Positions 38,145 to 47,247 of a stretch of 55,149 nucleotides of DNA are shown here, in pieces. Numbering within the stretch: the first letter of the stretch is position 1; every line of letters begins with the position of its first letter. A program made the translations under genes and the position numbers. The notes beneath the pieces are model-generated. The model saw only the letters and a list, made by a program, of their open reading frames with translations, was not told the DNA's origin and ran no database searches. Origin of the DNA: a virus (taxonomy: Duplodnaviria; Caudoviricetes); the IMG/VR virus record IMGVR_UViG_3300021424_000040, positions 1-55,149 of that record. One strand, written 5' to 3'.

Positions 38145-38771
38145 TTATCTACCGTTCAAGGTATCTTTTCCTATACCCCAACGTCTGTAATAAAAATTAC
38201 AGGTAATTTTCACTAACTGAGAAGAACCATACGAAAGAGGTGTTTGATCTAACGAATATGGCCAAGCATCATACAAAGTATAAGTAGTTGAGATTGCTCC
38301 GTTATCGTTTGTTCTGGATCTCTCGGTCTTATATATTTTTATTTTTGATTGATATTCGTTTGGATATCTTAGTCTTCTACCAGATTCAGTTCCATCAGCA
38401 TTCCCATTGCCATCATCAAAAATAAATCGCATCCATTCACCAAGTTTATGTAATGGAGTCATATATGCATCACACATAAATGATAGTTGAATGTCATTAT
38501 ATATTGGTCCAGTTGGATAATAGACTGGCGCATCTCCAGCCATTCTAGTTACAGATCCTGTTGCAAATTGATATCCTGGTAAAGAAACTTCATCACAAAA
38601 TATCATCATTCTAGTGTCGTCAGTGATGGAACTATTTTTATAGGACCAAGTAGTTCCGCCAAATAACTTAGTACCAGAAAAATCAATTTCCACAGCGAAG
38701 TTATTACTGGTCGCCATACCCTTTCCTTGGGTTATCATCGTCAGTAATGATTGTATTCCTGTGCTTGCCAT
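38145..38771 (-). CDS. tail tube initiator gp54-like (tail tube fold)
   Basis: 'CDEVSLPG', 'YTLYDAWPYSL...LSYG...KITCNFYYRRW' match the gp19/gp54 fold. Confidence 0.7.
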   Translation of the reverse strand: MASTGIQSLLTMITQGKGMATSNNFAVEIDFSGTKLFGGTTWSYKNSSITDDTRMMIFCDEVSLPGYQFATGSVTRMAGDAPVYYPTGPIYNDIQLSFMCDAYMTPLHKLGEWMRFIFDDGNGNADGTESGRRLRYPNEYQSKIKIYKTERSRTNDNGAISTTYTLYDAWPYSLDQTPLSYGSSQLVKITCNFYYRRWGIGKDTLNGR

Positions 38772-38772
38772 C

Positions 38773-38801
38773 TATAAATATTTGGGGAAGATGTATTTAT
38801 A
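38773..38801. promoter_or_regulatory. pair of face-to-face late promoters
   Basis: TATAAATA on + (38773-38780) and on - (38801-38794) in a 33-bp divergent intergenic gap. Confidence 0.85.
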
Positions 38802-38804
38802 TTT

Positions 38805-39239
38805 ATGGCATACTCTGGATTCTTTAAACCAACTAACCCCAAGAAATACAGAGGCAACCCAACGAACATCATCTACCGTTCGCTATGGGAAAGAAAGTTC
38901 ATGATGTTCTGCGACCGCAATCAAAGTGTCATGGAGTGGGGCAGTGAAGAAGTTGTGATACCATACCGCTCACCGATTGATGGTAGGGTACACAGATATT
39001 ATGTGGACTTCTATATTAAAGTTCGTACCAAAACAAATGAAATCAAAAAATATCTCATTGAAGTTAAACCGAAGAAGCAAACAGTTCCTCCACCACCATC
39101 AAAAAAACAAACTAAAATATACAAAGATAAAGTATTAACGTTCTTAAAGAACCAAGCGAAGTGGGAAGCCGCAAGTGACTGGTGTGAGGATAGACAAATG
39201 CAGTTCCTTATTCTCACCGAAGATCACTTGGGGGTATAA
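38805..39239 (+). CDS. gp4: head completion nuclease gp4
   Basis: 'MAYSGFFKPTNPKKYRGNPTNIIYRSLWERKFM...RYYVDF...EVKP...NQAKWEAA'. Confidence 0.93.
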   Translation: MAYSGFFKPTNPKKYRGNPTNIIYRSLWERKFMMFCDRNQSVMEWGSEEVVIPYRSPIDGRVHRYYVDFYIKVRTKTNEIKKYLIEVKPKKQTVPPPPSKKQTKIYKDKVLTFLKNQAKWEAASDWCEDRQMQFLILTEDHLGV

Positions 39240-39242
39240 CAA

Positions 39243-39920
39243 ATGGCAAAGGGATTTAAATCCACAAAAAAAGAAAAATCAAAAGGATACAATACACTTT
39301 TTGAAAGAGTAAAAGAAAAAAGTGGCGGCGAAGAACAGTCTTGGCAGTGGTATAGAAAGACTGTTCGTTCAATGGCGTTGGAATATAAACAACAACCTGA
39401 AAAAACTATACGCGACGAAAGAAAAGACAGAACAGATACTGAAGATAATCAAGACGAAAATAGATTAAGAAGATACGCCAGACAAGGAAGATTATTTCTG
39501 TTTGAATACGAAGCAAAGATGAAGTACCTTCCTTACTATGATACGTTTCCGCTTGTATATGTGTTCAGTGCAAATGCAGATCACTTTATTGGAGCAAACT
39601 TACACTACTTACATCCAAGAAAAAGACCACACGTTATAGAAAGATTAAAAGATGGAAGAATTGATATACCTCGCGTATGTATCCATAAATATATTCTAGA
39701 CCATGTTGACGGATTTCTTCTTGATCTTGCTATAGATGAATGGGATACTGCTATCTCATTACCCGTTGAACATTTCGTAAGGGAACGAGGAAATGTTTTA
39801 GTGCCATACAAATCAACAGATGTATGGACAGAAACAAATGATAAATGGGGTGATAGAATCAAAGCAAAACGAATCATCAAAGGTTATGGTAGACCAGAAG
39901 ACATCGAGGAAGTAAGTTAA
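39243..39920 (+). CDS. gp2: DNA end protector protein gp2
   Basis: 'FEYEAK...LPYYDTFPLV...GANLHYL...IHKY'. Confidence 0.85.
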   Translation: MAKGFKSTKKEKSKGYNTLFERVKEKSGGEEQSWQWYRKTVRSMALEYKQQPEKTIRDERKDRTDTEDNQDENRLRRYARQGRLFLFEYEAKMKYLPYYDTFPLVYVFSANADHFIGANLHYLHPRKRPHVIERLKDGRIDIPRVCIHKYILDHVDGFLLDLAIDEWDTAISLPVEHFVRERGNVLVPYKSTDVWTETNDKWGDRIKAKRIIKGYGRPEDIEEVS

Positions 39921-40801
39921 TGTCACGATTAGTTTATCCAGAAAGAATACAACGTAGTAAAGACTACATTAAATTTCAGTTTAAAGAATATGACACACCA
40001 TACAAAGGCGGTGCTTCTGGAAACGAAGCTGGTCAAGATTATTTTGCAACTAAAGAACTCGCTAATAAAGGAACTCCAATATATTTACCAATGCCAGATG
40101 AAATTGGTTCTTCATTTCAAGGTAACTGGGGAGGAAAAGATATCACAGGATTAGCACAGTTAGCGTTAGGAACAGTTGGAAAAACAGCAGGTGGAATAAT
40201 AACAGGTGATGCGAAGCAACTGGTTGGTGGCATAGCAAACTTGTTTAAAGTAGATACGTTAAAATCTGCTGGTGGTGGTCTTGTCGCAGATGCACTAGAA
40301 ACATTAGGAGCTAAAGTAAATGAAGCGCCTGGTCTGGGAGGAAATCTAACAACAAATGACATCCTACAACTAACAACAGGATCAATCATAAATCCAAATA
40401 CCGAACTTCTATATAGTGGAACTGGACTAAGAACACATGGGTATTCATTTAAAATGATACCACACACTAAATCAGAAGCAACTAGTATTCTTCAAATAGT
40501 TAATGAGTTTAAAAAAGCATGTGCTCCCAAAAGAAAAAGTGCTGCTCTTGGAGATTTAACAAAAAACTTCATAGGTTTGCCTGATTTGTGTGAGGTAACT
40601 TTTATATCTGGAAGTACAGAAAATCGAAATCTTCCAAAGTATAAACCCTCCGCAATAACATCAGTACAAGTTAACTATGTTACAGATGGTAAATATGTTT
40701 CTTTTACTGGTGGAGAACCTATCGGAGTAGCATTGACTGTCGCATTCATGGAAACAAAACTAGTCTTTAGAGAAGATATCGAAGGAGGTAGTGCAAGATA
40801 A
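39920..40801 (+). CDS. gp48: baseplate tail tube cap gp48
   Basis: 'IYLPMP', 'INPNTELLYSG..LRTHGYSFKMIP...EA..I..IV..FK' and 'AITSVQVNY'. Confidence 0.85.
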   Translation: MSRLVYPERIQRSKDYIKFQFKEYDTPYKGGASGNEAGQDYFATKELANKGTPIYLPMPDEIGSSFQGNWGGKDITGLAQLALGTVGKTAGGIITGDAKQLVGGIANLFKVDTLKSAGGGLVADALETLGAKVNEAPGLGGNLTTNDILQLTTGSIINPNTELLYSGTGLRTHGYSFKMIPHTKSEATSILQIVNEFKKACAPKRKSAALGDLTKNFIGLPDLCEVTFISGSTENRNLPKYKPSAITSVQVNYVTDGKYVSFTGGEPIGVALTVAFMETKLVFREDIEGGSAR

Positions 40802-41490
40802 TGGCATTTTTTAATCGTATACCAAATGTAGAATATGATAAGAAACCTTCAAGGTTTCCATATTCCGAAAAAGAATATGTACTCGTGAAAAACTTCTTTC
40901 GTAGACACAAGTTAACAGAAGAATCATACAACTACATCAATCTATTCAATGAATATGTTCTCACTGATGAAGACCGAATAGATTATCTTGCATACAAAAC
41001 ATATGGGCAATCAGAATTTGACTGGGTTATTCTGATTACTAACAATGTAATCAACTCATACTTTGATTTACCAGTAAAAGAATCTGACCTGTATGAAATG
41101 GTAGACTTTGCCTATCGCTACGAACCATTTGAAACAGGTGAAGAAAATACATTACCAGCCGATAGAACTCATCACTACGAAACATACGAAATCAAAAACT
41201 CCCAAGGGAAAATTGTTCTACAGAAAGGATTAAAAGTAGAACGTTCTTTCTATACGTCACCATTCAAGTACAATGATGGGAATGGAACTATCGTAACTAA
41301 GACTGGCAATCAAGTTTGTCGTATCGTTACCAACTACGAATACGAAAAAACTCTGAACGATGATAAGAGAAAAATCTATCTCTTACGTCCAGAGTTTGTG
41401 CAAGATTTTATTGATCAGTATGAGAAAGAAATGGAATACTCTAAGTCTTCCTCATACATCGACAGATTCACTAAGAAATCTGGAGTTTAA
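40801..41490 (+). CDS. gp53: baseplate wedge subunit gp53
   Basis: LysM-like 'DRIDYLAYKTYG...DWVILITNN', 'HHYET' and 'TNYEYE...ND.KRKIYLL'. Confidence 0.9.
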   Translation: MAFFNRIPNVEYDKKPSRFPYSEKEYVLVKNFFRRHKLTEESYNYINLFNEYVLTDEDRIDYLAYKTYGQSEFDWVILITNNVINSYFDLPVKESDLYEMVDFAYRYEPFETGEENTLPADRTHHYETYEIKNSQGKIVLQKGLKVERSFYTSPFKYNDGNGTIVTKTGNQVCRIVTNYEYEKTLNDDKRKIYLLRPEFVQDFIDQYEKEMEYSKSSSYIDRFTKKSGV

Positions 41491-42411
41491 TCAGTCTTCC
41501 TCAGCAAGGCGAGCGAAGTAACTGAGAGCATCATCTTCTTCCTCATCTACACCAGCAGCGACTGCAACCTTAGGAAGGGCAGGTTCGCGGCGGGTAGCAG
41601 GAGCAGGAGCAGAGAACTCTTCATCCTCTTCCTCATCCATCACACGAGTTGCTTGAGCAGCACGGGCGGATGCAGGAGTCTGAGTGATGCCAAGCACCAG
41701 ATTCAGACGCTCTTCAAGTTCTTCATAGGACTTGAAGTTATCAGGAGACACAAATGCCTGAAGAGAATGTGCCTGACGCCAGATAGATTCCAGTTTGGTA
41801 TCATCTGCATTCAGAGCAGAAGGAGCAGCGAACTCGGACTTGTCGTAGTTCCAGTAACCAGCAACATTAGTGATTTTCAGTTTAAAGTTAGCACCTTCCC
41901 ACAGATCGAAAGGATTCACAGGAGTTTCATCTTCAAACTCAGGTTGCATAGCGGCAGTGATCTTGTCGAAGATCTTCTTACCAAACTTGTACAGGAACAC
42001 TTTACCCTCGTTCTCAGGGTTTGCTTTGTCACTCACAACATAGATGTTAGCATAATAAGTCAGTTTACGCTTCTGCTTACGAGCAGTTTCTTTATCAGAA
42101 TCACGACCGCTATTCCACAGACGACGGTTCACTTCACCAACAGGATCTTTCTGACCAAGAGTAGTCAGAGAGTTTTCGATGTACCAACCACCATCACCTT
42201 GGAAGGCATGAGAATATAGCTTAACGAACGGAATGTCTTCTCCATCAGGTGCAGGAAGAAAACGAATAACAGCGAACCCGTTACCAGCGGCGTCAACACT
42301 GGGCTTCCAGAAGCGATCATCGCTAGTGGAAGTAGAGTTTGCTTTCTCAAGTTCCTTCGTCAAAGAAGCAAAGGAGTTTTGAGATTTACGCTTAAGATCA
42401 GCGAAAGACAT
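41491..42411 (-). CDS. gp32: single-stranded DNA binding protein gp32
   Basis: 'MSFADLK...DDRFWK...GNGFAVIRFLP...GWYIENSLTT...YKFGKKIFDK'; acidic tail 'DDALSYFARLAEED'. Confidence 0.96.
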   Translation of the reverse strand: MSFADLKRKSQNSFASLTKELEKANSTSTSDDRFWKPSVDAAGNGFAVIRFLPAPDGEDIPFVKLYSHAFQGDGGWYIENSLTTLGQKDPVGEVNRRLWNSGRDSDKETARKQKRKLTYYANIYVVSDKANPENEGKVFLYKFGKKIFDKITAAMQPEFEDETPVNPFDLWEGANFKLKITNVAGYWNYDKSEFAAPSALNADDTKLESIWRQAHSLQAFVSPDNFKSYEELEERLNLVLGITQTPASARAAQATRVMDEEEDEEFSAPAPATRREPALPKVAVAAGVDEEEDDALSYFARLAEED

Positions 42412-42466
42412 AGGATTACCTCGGATTGTTTTGGATTTGGTTTGTGTGACGCCCGATCACTTAGTC

Positions 42467-42495
42467 ATCATACCACAGGCAGAGGTCGGCGTCAA
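42467..42495 (-). promoter_or_regulatory. sigma70-type promoter for gp32
   Basis: TTGACG-17 nt-TATGAT with TG. Confidence 0.75.
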
Positions 42496-42836
42496 CCCTC
42501 TGCCTCTATCTCCTTCTCAAACTGGTCGAGCTTGGCAAGCATCTCACGCATCAGGGAGAGCACGTCAGCGGTCTCCCACCAACCGTAGAGCATCTTAGCA
42601 CCCTGTTCGATCTGCTCGCACATATCAACTGCTCTGGGATCGTCTGATAGTTTCAGACGCATGTAAAAGATCTGTTGTTTTTCAACCAGTGCTCGTACAG
42701 TATCAATATAGTTCAGCTGATCTTCTTTGCTCCCTTGAAAAGGACCAGAAAGTGTCAGCTCCATTGCTTCCATTTGAAGACGCTCCATTTCTTTTGCTTC
42801 TTCACGGACAATATCAGAATCAAAGAAGTCAGTCAT
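42492..42836 (-). CDS. DUF1825-like protein
   Basis: 'FFDSDIVREE...KQQIFYMRLKLSDDP.A'. Confidence 0.75.
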   Translation of the reverse strand: MTDFFDSDIVREEAKEMERLQMEAMELTLSGPFQGSKEDQLNYIDTVRALVEKQQIFYMRLKLSDDPRAVDMCEQIEQGAKMLYGWWETADVLSLMREMLAKLDQFEKEIEAEG

Positions 42837-43087
42837 ACCAGCATCAGTTTAGCGCGAGATGTTTTTTTGATGAAGTTCAGTTGTTGAGCTTCGTGCTTAA
42901 GTTTTTCTTTAAGAGGTTTGGAAATCAGTTTAGGAACAGTTTCAATCTCAATATCATTTTCACTACAGAAATGTAGAATAGCATCAATGTAACTCATCTT
43001 GTCATTATTTACAAGAGTTTCTACTTCCGTAGAAAACTTCGCAATAGTCATAAATTTATCCTCTATTAGTTTAGATTTATCCTCCAT
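42833..43087 (-). CDS. gp33: late transcription coactivator gp33
   Basis: 'FSTEVE...MSYIDAILHFC.EN.IEIE...KLISKPLKEKL..EA..LNF'. Confidence 0.9.
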   Translation of the reverse strand: MEDKSKLIEDKFMTIAKFSTEVETLVNNDKMSYIDAILHFCSENDIEIETVPKLISKPLKEKLKHEAQQLNFIKKTSRAKLMLV

Positions 43088-43751
43088 ATGTTTCCTGGTA
43101 GAGTGAGCGTAGTTCTATGAAACGGTCGAGATATTTCTTCTCAGGTTTCTTGATAACGACTTGAGTGTTACCATCTTCACATGCAACGATGGTGACAAGT
43201 TGTTGAATGCGTGTCTTATATAGTTCATAAAACATGCACCCATAAACTGTTTCTTGAATATAATAGTCTTCCATCCATTCTTCGCGCTTCTCTTCCGCTG
43301 AGGTTTTGAAGTCAATGACGGATGGAATACCATCAAACTCACCGATGCAATCAACTCGCCCTGCAACTTCCAAGTTGTCAGAGTATAATGCTGCTTCTTG
43401 TAAATAGACCTTAGTGATTCTATTGAGAGTTGGAACAGCATTTTTAAACATCATAAGGGGGAGGGGTTGCCCTTTGAAGTTGTCCTCATTATAGCAGTTA
43501 TTGAGCAAATCTTCAACCATCTTATGAAAGTTTGTGCCGCGAGTAGAGGCACGAGTTGAGATTCGCTGCGCTTTGTCATGACCGACACGCTGCTTCCACT
43601 CATTCAGTTTCTTTTTCTTCTTCGGGCACACCCCAAGAACAGTTGTAATAGATGGATACTTACCACCAGAAGGTGTAGGATAAAGCCTACGACCTTCTAC
43701 CATGATAGGTTCAATCTCAATGGGTTTGAATGACGAAGAATGAAGAAACAT
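43077..43751 (-). CDS. PD-(D/E)XK exonuclease
   Basis: 'YPSITTVL', 'RGTNFH', 'AGRVDCI', 'IDFKTS' and 'YYIQ'. Confidence 0.88.
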   Translation of the reverse strand: MFLHSSSFKPIEIEPIMVEGRRLYPTPSGGKYPSITTVLGVCPKKKKKLNEWKQRVGHDKAQRISTRASTRGTNFHKMVEDLLNNCYNEDNFKGQPLPLMMFKNAVPTLNRITKVYLQEAALYSDNLEVAGRVDCIGEFDGIPSVIDFKTSAEEKREEWMEDYYIQETVYGCMFYELYKTRIQQLVTIVACEDGNTQVVIKKPEKKYLDRFIELRSLYQETYGG

Positions 43752-44510
43752 TTAGAAACCTAGATTAATTTTACTAATAATGTAACTGCGAACAAGACCA
43801 GAACGAACGATGTCTTGCACACCAAACTCAATAGATTCAAACTCATCCATTGTAGAGATGATCTTTTGAAAGTCAAGGATGCCATTGCGTTCGTTAGTTT
43901 TGATCAAATCTGTCTGTTGCACATCGCCACAGAACATAATCTTACAATCCTGACCAACACGAGTGATGATTGAATCAAGTTCGTGGAAGTTAAGGTTCTG
44001 CATTTCATCTACAACAATGATGCAGTTATCCATGGTGGTGCCGCGCAGGAATGAAGTAGACCAGAAGCTGATGGTTCCTTGGTTCTTTAGATTGCCATAC
44101 AGTAGTTCAAACTCTTCATCAGTTGAAAGGTTGAACATATACTTTACCATATTCTTATAAGGAATCTGATAGAGCGATGACTTATCTTCATGGTCACCAG
44201 GAAGGAAACCAATCTCGCGTGTCGCTACAAGTGAGCGAACAATATAAACTTTTTCGTAGGGAGTGTTCTCGTTCAGAACATCTTTGAGTGCCAGATAGAG
44301 AGCAACAAATGTTTTACCAGTGCCAGCAGCACCGTAAGCAAACAGATGCTTATCATTTTCCCATGCTTCAAACATCTTACCTTGTGATTCGGTAAGAGGT
44401 TCGATATCTTTAGCAAAATATTCTTCGTTGAGAGGCTTCTTGCGCTTCATTTGCTTTACGCTCATTCCAGTTGGAACAGCTTGCTTAGTCTTACGATTTC
44501 TTACAGGCAT
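43752..44510 (-). CDS. phoH: PhoH-family ATPase
   Basis: Walker A 'GAAGTGKT', 'IGFLPG', 'FLRGTT', 'DEMQN', 'GDVQQTDL' and 'DIVRSG'. Confidence 0.95.
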   Translation of the reverse strand: MPVRNRKTKQAVPTGMSVKQMKRKKPLNEEYFAKDIEPLTESQGKMFEAWENDKHLFAYGAAGTGKTFVALYLALKDVLNENTPYEKVYIVRSLVATREIGFLPGDHEDKSSLYQIPYKNMVKYMFNLSTDEEFELLYGNLKNQGTISFWSTSFLRGTTMDNCIIVVDEMQNLNFHELDSIITRVGQDCKIMFCGDVQQTDLIKTNERNGILDFQKIISTMDEFESIEFGVQDIVRSGLVRSYIISKINLGF

Positions 44511-44512
44511 AT

Positions 44513-44743
44513 TCAGAGACGATTAATGTTTGAACCAGGGGTATCGGCAGCACGATTGATAATGTGTTTCCAATCGCTATCAGTTTTATTCTGCCAGTTT
44601 CCTACTTCAGATACGGCATGAAGTATTGTAGGCATCTGAGTTAGATGAGGATTGTCTGTGAGATATTGTTCCCTTTCAGCCATATACATCCACTTCTCAA
44701 ACTCATCGCCTGTATTGTTATCTTTGAATCTGTAAGTTGGCAT
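44513..44743 (-). CDS. FmdB-like small protein (76 aa)
   Basis: The true start is likely MPTYRFKDNNTG at 44743, within ORF 44513..44962. Confidence 0.7.
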   Translation of the reverse strand: MPTYRFKDNNTGDEFEKWMYMAEREQYLTDNPHLTQMPTILHAVSEVGNWQNKTDSDWKHIINRAADTPGSNINRL

Positions 44744-45281
44744 CTTCAATAAACCATGATGGAACAGTGGCAGGAGATTTCCATTTCGCAAACGAAACTT
44801 TATCTCCAATATAGTAATTACGGTATGACTGGATACTATCTCCAGGCACTTTATATTTATCTGGCATCGCAGGAGGGGGGTCAACCCACCCAGCATGTTT
44901 AATATTGAATGGCGGAACCCAAAGATAACTAACCATACTCTCAGTGCTATGATAGTTTCCATAACGTCGGGTGTATTCTACACAGCAGTGCTGAAACAAA
45001 TCAAACAACCAGCGATAGTGTGACGAAGATTGTCGCACCCAAATGTTAGAAGGATGATTGATATGGGATGCTTTGTATAGAATGTCTTCGCGTGGTTTGT
45101 CAAGTCGCCAGCGTTTGATGCTGCGATTGTTTGCCGTCTTGGCAGTATAAGGAATGCCGTCAAGCACACGATGAGCAGTAGACATGAGTTGAGCATACTC
45201 AACAATCATTTTCACTACATGCTTATCGCAATGCTCGGCGGCACAAGTGCGTGGGTCGTAACTCAAGTAGAAGATATTCAT
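44718..45281 (-). CDS. pyrimidine-dimer DNA glycosylase (DenV)-family protein
   Basis: 'MNIFYL...HCDKHVVKMIVEYAQLMST...HINHPSNIW...EYTRRYG..H...AMPD...YRNYY'. Confidence 0.75.
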   Translation of the reverse strand: MNIFYLSYDPRTCAAEHCDKHVVKMIVEYAQLMSTAHRVLDGIPYTAKTANNRSIKRWRLDKPREDILYKASHINHPSNIWVRQSSSHYRWLFDLFQHCCVEYTRRYGNYHSTESMVSYLWVPPFNIKHAGWVDPPPAMPDKYKVPGDSIQSYRNYYIGDKVSFAKWKSPATVPSWFIEDANLQIQR

Positions 45282-45302
45282 AGAGTCTCTGTCATTGACT
45301 CC

Positions 45303-45331
45303 ATTATATCACCATTCCAGTGCTTCTGCAA
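45303..45331 (-). promoter_or_regulatory. sigma70-type promoter
   Basis: TTGCAG-17 nt-TATAAT with TG, upstream of the DenV-like gene. Confidence 0.55.
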
Positions 45332-45968
45332 CCGTTGGAAACTGTTCTTTGAACACCTCTTTACACTGCTCAGCGATGACCATATGTTCTTTCTGTGTTC
45401 CGTTAGCAGAACGCAGATTGATATAGTGTGCCCAAGAACGCACTGAGCCTGTCATATACAGGCGCGTGGTAGTTGCTAAAGGAAGCACAAAGCGAGCACA
45501 CTCCTTAGCGACACCATGCTCTAGCAGGCGCTTGTAGAGGTTGTTAGAACGGATGAAGTGCTCTTGAATTTCTGTCTCAAGAACAAGTTTTAGATACCCT
45601 TCAAGATCATCAGTAGAATTCTGACGATTCTTATCATCTTGACGACGCAATTCTGGTACAGGAATATCTCCTGTTAACAGATTAGTATCAGCATAGCGTT
45701 GCGAAAACTCTTGGAATGTAAATGAACGGTGACGCAAGATTTGCGCTGCAATACCACGGGAGGTTTCAATCTCCAGTGTCATATGAGATTGCTCAAACAC
45801 AGACCAATGATTATGCTTAATACAATAACGCAATAACCCTGCGTAGTTTTCGTTATCTTGATTACTAGGGTTAGACACTCTAGCAACATACGCCATTGTC
45901 TTTTCTGCATCAGGCGTGACGGAAATGAGTTTAACTTGAGAATGGATTGTCATATTGTGTGGCACCAT
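45309..45968 (-). CDS. thyX: FAD-dependent thymidylate synthase
   Basis: 'HWSVFEQ', 'QILRHRSFTFQEFSQRY', 'KECARFVLP' and 'R...GTQKEH'. The exact start is uncertain. Confidence 0.95.
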   Translation of the reverse strand: MVPHNMTIHSQVKLISVTPDAEKTMAYVARVSNPSNQDNENYAGLLRYCIKHNHWSVFEQSHMTLEIETSRGIAAQILRHRSFTFQEFSQRYADTNLLTGDIPVPELRRQDDKNRQNSTDDLEGYLKLVLETEIQEHFIRSNNLYKRLLEHGVAKECARFVLPLATTTRLYMTGSVRSWAHYINLRSANGTQKEHMVIAEQCKEVFKEQFPTVAEALEW

Positions 45969-46137
45969 CGAGACGACGAACTTCAGCGAGAGTAGATTTA
46001 CGATAACGATTGTATTGCTTTACAATCTTTCTAAACTCTTTTTCATTAATTTTTGCGCTTAGAAAAGGAGTTTGTGGTTCTACTTCAGGTGATTCTACCA
46101 CTTCTTGTGCTTCAATGTCAATGATTTCTTCAGTCAT
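45931..46137 (-). CDS. hypothetical protein
   Basis: 68-aa ORF in the operon. Confidence 0.6.
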   Translation of the reverse strand: MTEEIIDIEAQEVVESPEVEPQTPFLSAKINEKEFRKIVKQYNRYRKSTLAEVRRLDGATQYDNPFSS

Positions 46138-46138
46138 A

Positions 46139-46534
46139 TTAGTTAGATGTAAGATTTAAAGTCACAGAAATAATGTCTCCACTATTTGCTATATTATATG
46201 GAGCACTAGGAAATCTTTCAGCAAACAATACCTGATTGTTTGTTGTAGTGATAACATAATATCCATGTACGTTTCCAACAGATCCAGTAAAAGACCACGT
46301 TTGTGTTGGATATGATGCAGTTGGACCGTTAACTGTCCACGCACTGCCGATTAGATTGATAGCAGCATAACCATTGCTCTGAGTTACCTGAGTAAAATCT
46401 GTAGATAAACTATCTTGCGATGGAGTATAGTCATTACTATACAAACGCAGTTGCAAATTTTCTACAGAAACATCATTTGCTACCAAATACGCTAAAGCTA
46501 AACTTTTAGCAGCATCAGTTACTTGTAGCGCCAT
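46139..46534 (-). CDS. beta-rich hypothetical protein, possibly structural
   Basis: 'LRLYSND.TP...GYAAI.L...W...ASYP.QTWSF...GYYV...AERF'. Confidence 0.65.
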   Translation of the reverse strand: MALQVTDAAKSLALAYLVANDVSVENLQLRLYSNDYTPSQDSLSTDFTQVTQSNGYAAINLIGSAWTVNGPTASYPTQTWSFTGSVGNVHGYYVITTTNNQVLFAERFPSAPYNIANSGDIISVTLNLTSN

Positions 46535-46792
46535 TTACTTCCTCCTTTTTTCTTCTTTTGCTGGTTTGTTGCCCCATAGTTTAGGATTAACTCTTCCTTC
46601 GGATTGTTTCCAACCTTTTAGACCTTCTCTATATCTATCCCAATAGTAGTCAAAGATTTCTACTTGTTTATCAGAGATAACTAAATCATATGCAAGTGCT
46701 CCATCGATTTCATAAGTAACTAAGTAAGCAGTGTAAGGCAAACCTCTATCGTTTGCCAGTTCAGGATCACAGTTTTGATGGAGAATCTTCAT
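46535..46792 (-). CDS. conserved cyanophage-type hypothetical protein
   Basis: The likely start is MKILHQNCDP; contains 'IFDYYWDRY...GRVNPKLW'. Confidence 0.75.
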   Translation of the reverse strand: MKILHQNCDPELANDRGLPYTAYLVTYEIDGALAYDLVISDKQVEIFDYYWDRYREGLKGWKQSEGRVNPKLWGNKPAKEEKRRK

Positions 46793-47241
46793 CAGGAACG
46801 ACCTCCCCATTGAATCTGCGGGAAGGTTTCTTCGATAAGTGCCTTTGAAATACGAGTATACTTTTTCTGTAAATTTTTATCTTTCACCAGACAAAGAACT
46901 TCTGCTTCATCTGGGTGAAGATTCTCAAGCATTCCCAAAAAGATTTGTTCTCTTTTTGATTGAGTAATACCAGACCCACCTTTTACAAAGTGGAACATTT
47001 TTTTACCTTCATTTTCTAATAAAAGATGATCTGTTCCTTCTGGAGCTGGGTTGGGTGTGTATGGGACTTCGCCTTCGGGTAGCATTGATACTACACTTTC
47101 ATCATAGTTCCAAATAAAAAGTGATCTTAATACTTGAGTATTATTTTGAAGAAGAATCTTTTTCTTTTCTTCTTTAGTTTTTGCGTTATTTACTTTACGC
47201 AATACCTCTGAGATTAGAGGGCGGTATGTTTTAGTTGCCAT
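46792..47241 (-). CDS. conserved T4-like hypothetical protein
   Basis: 'LISEVL...LPEGEVPY...KREQIF..MLE.LHPDEA'. Confidence 0.8.
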   Translation of the reverse strand: MATKTYRPLISEVLRKVNNAKTKEEKKKILLQNNTQVLRSLFIWNYDESVVSMLPEGEVPYTPNPAPEGTDHLLLENEGKKMFHFVKGGSGITQSKREQIFLGMLENLHPDEAEVLCLVKDKNLQKKYTRISKALIEETFPQIQWGGRS

Positions 47242-47247
47242 GTCAGT

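Noticed and set aside
38805-39239. TnsA-like transposase or mobile element
   Set aside because: Motifs and synteny identify the T4 gp4 head completion protein; there are no terminal repeats.
41653-42219. 188-aa antisense ORF opposite gp32, and similar shadow ORFs opposite psbA and the fibre genes
   Set aside because: These are explained by codon bias of the sense genes and have no SD, promoter or recognisable motifs.
43077-43751. Cas4 protein
   Set aside because: It is a PD-(D/E)XK nuclease without the four-Cys Fe-S pattern, in the usual position between phoH and gp33.
44744-44962. N-terminal extension of the 149-aa ORF
   Set aside because: It overlaps the DenV-like gene out of frame; the family-like sequence begins at MPTY (44743).
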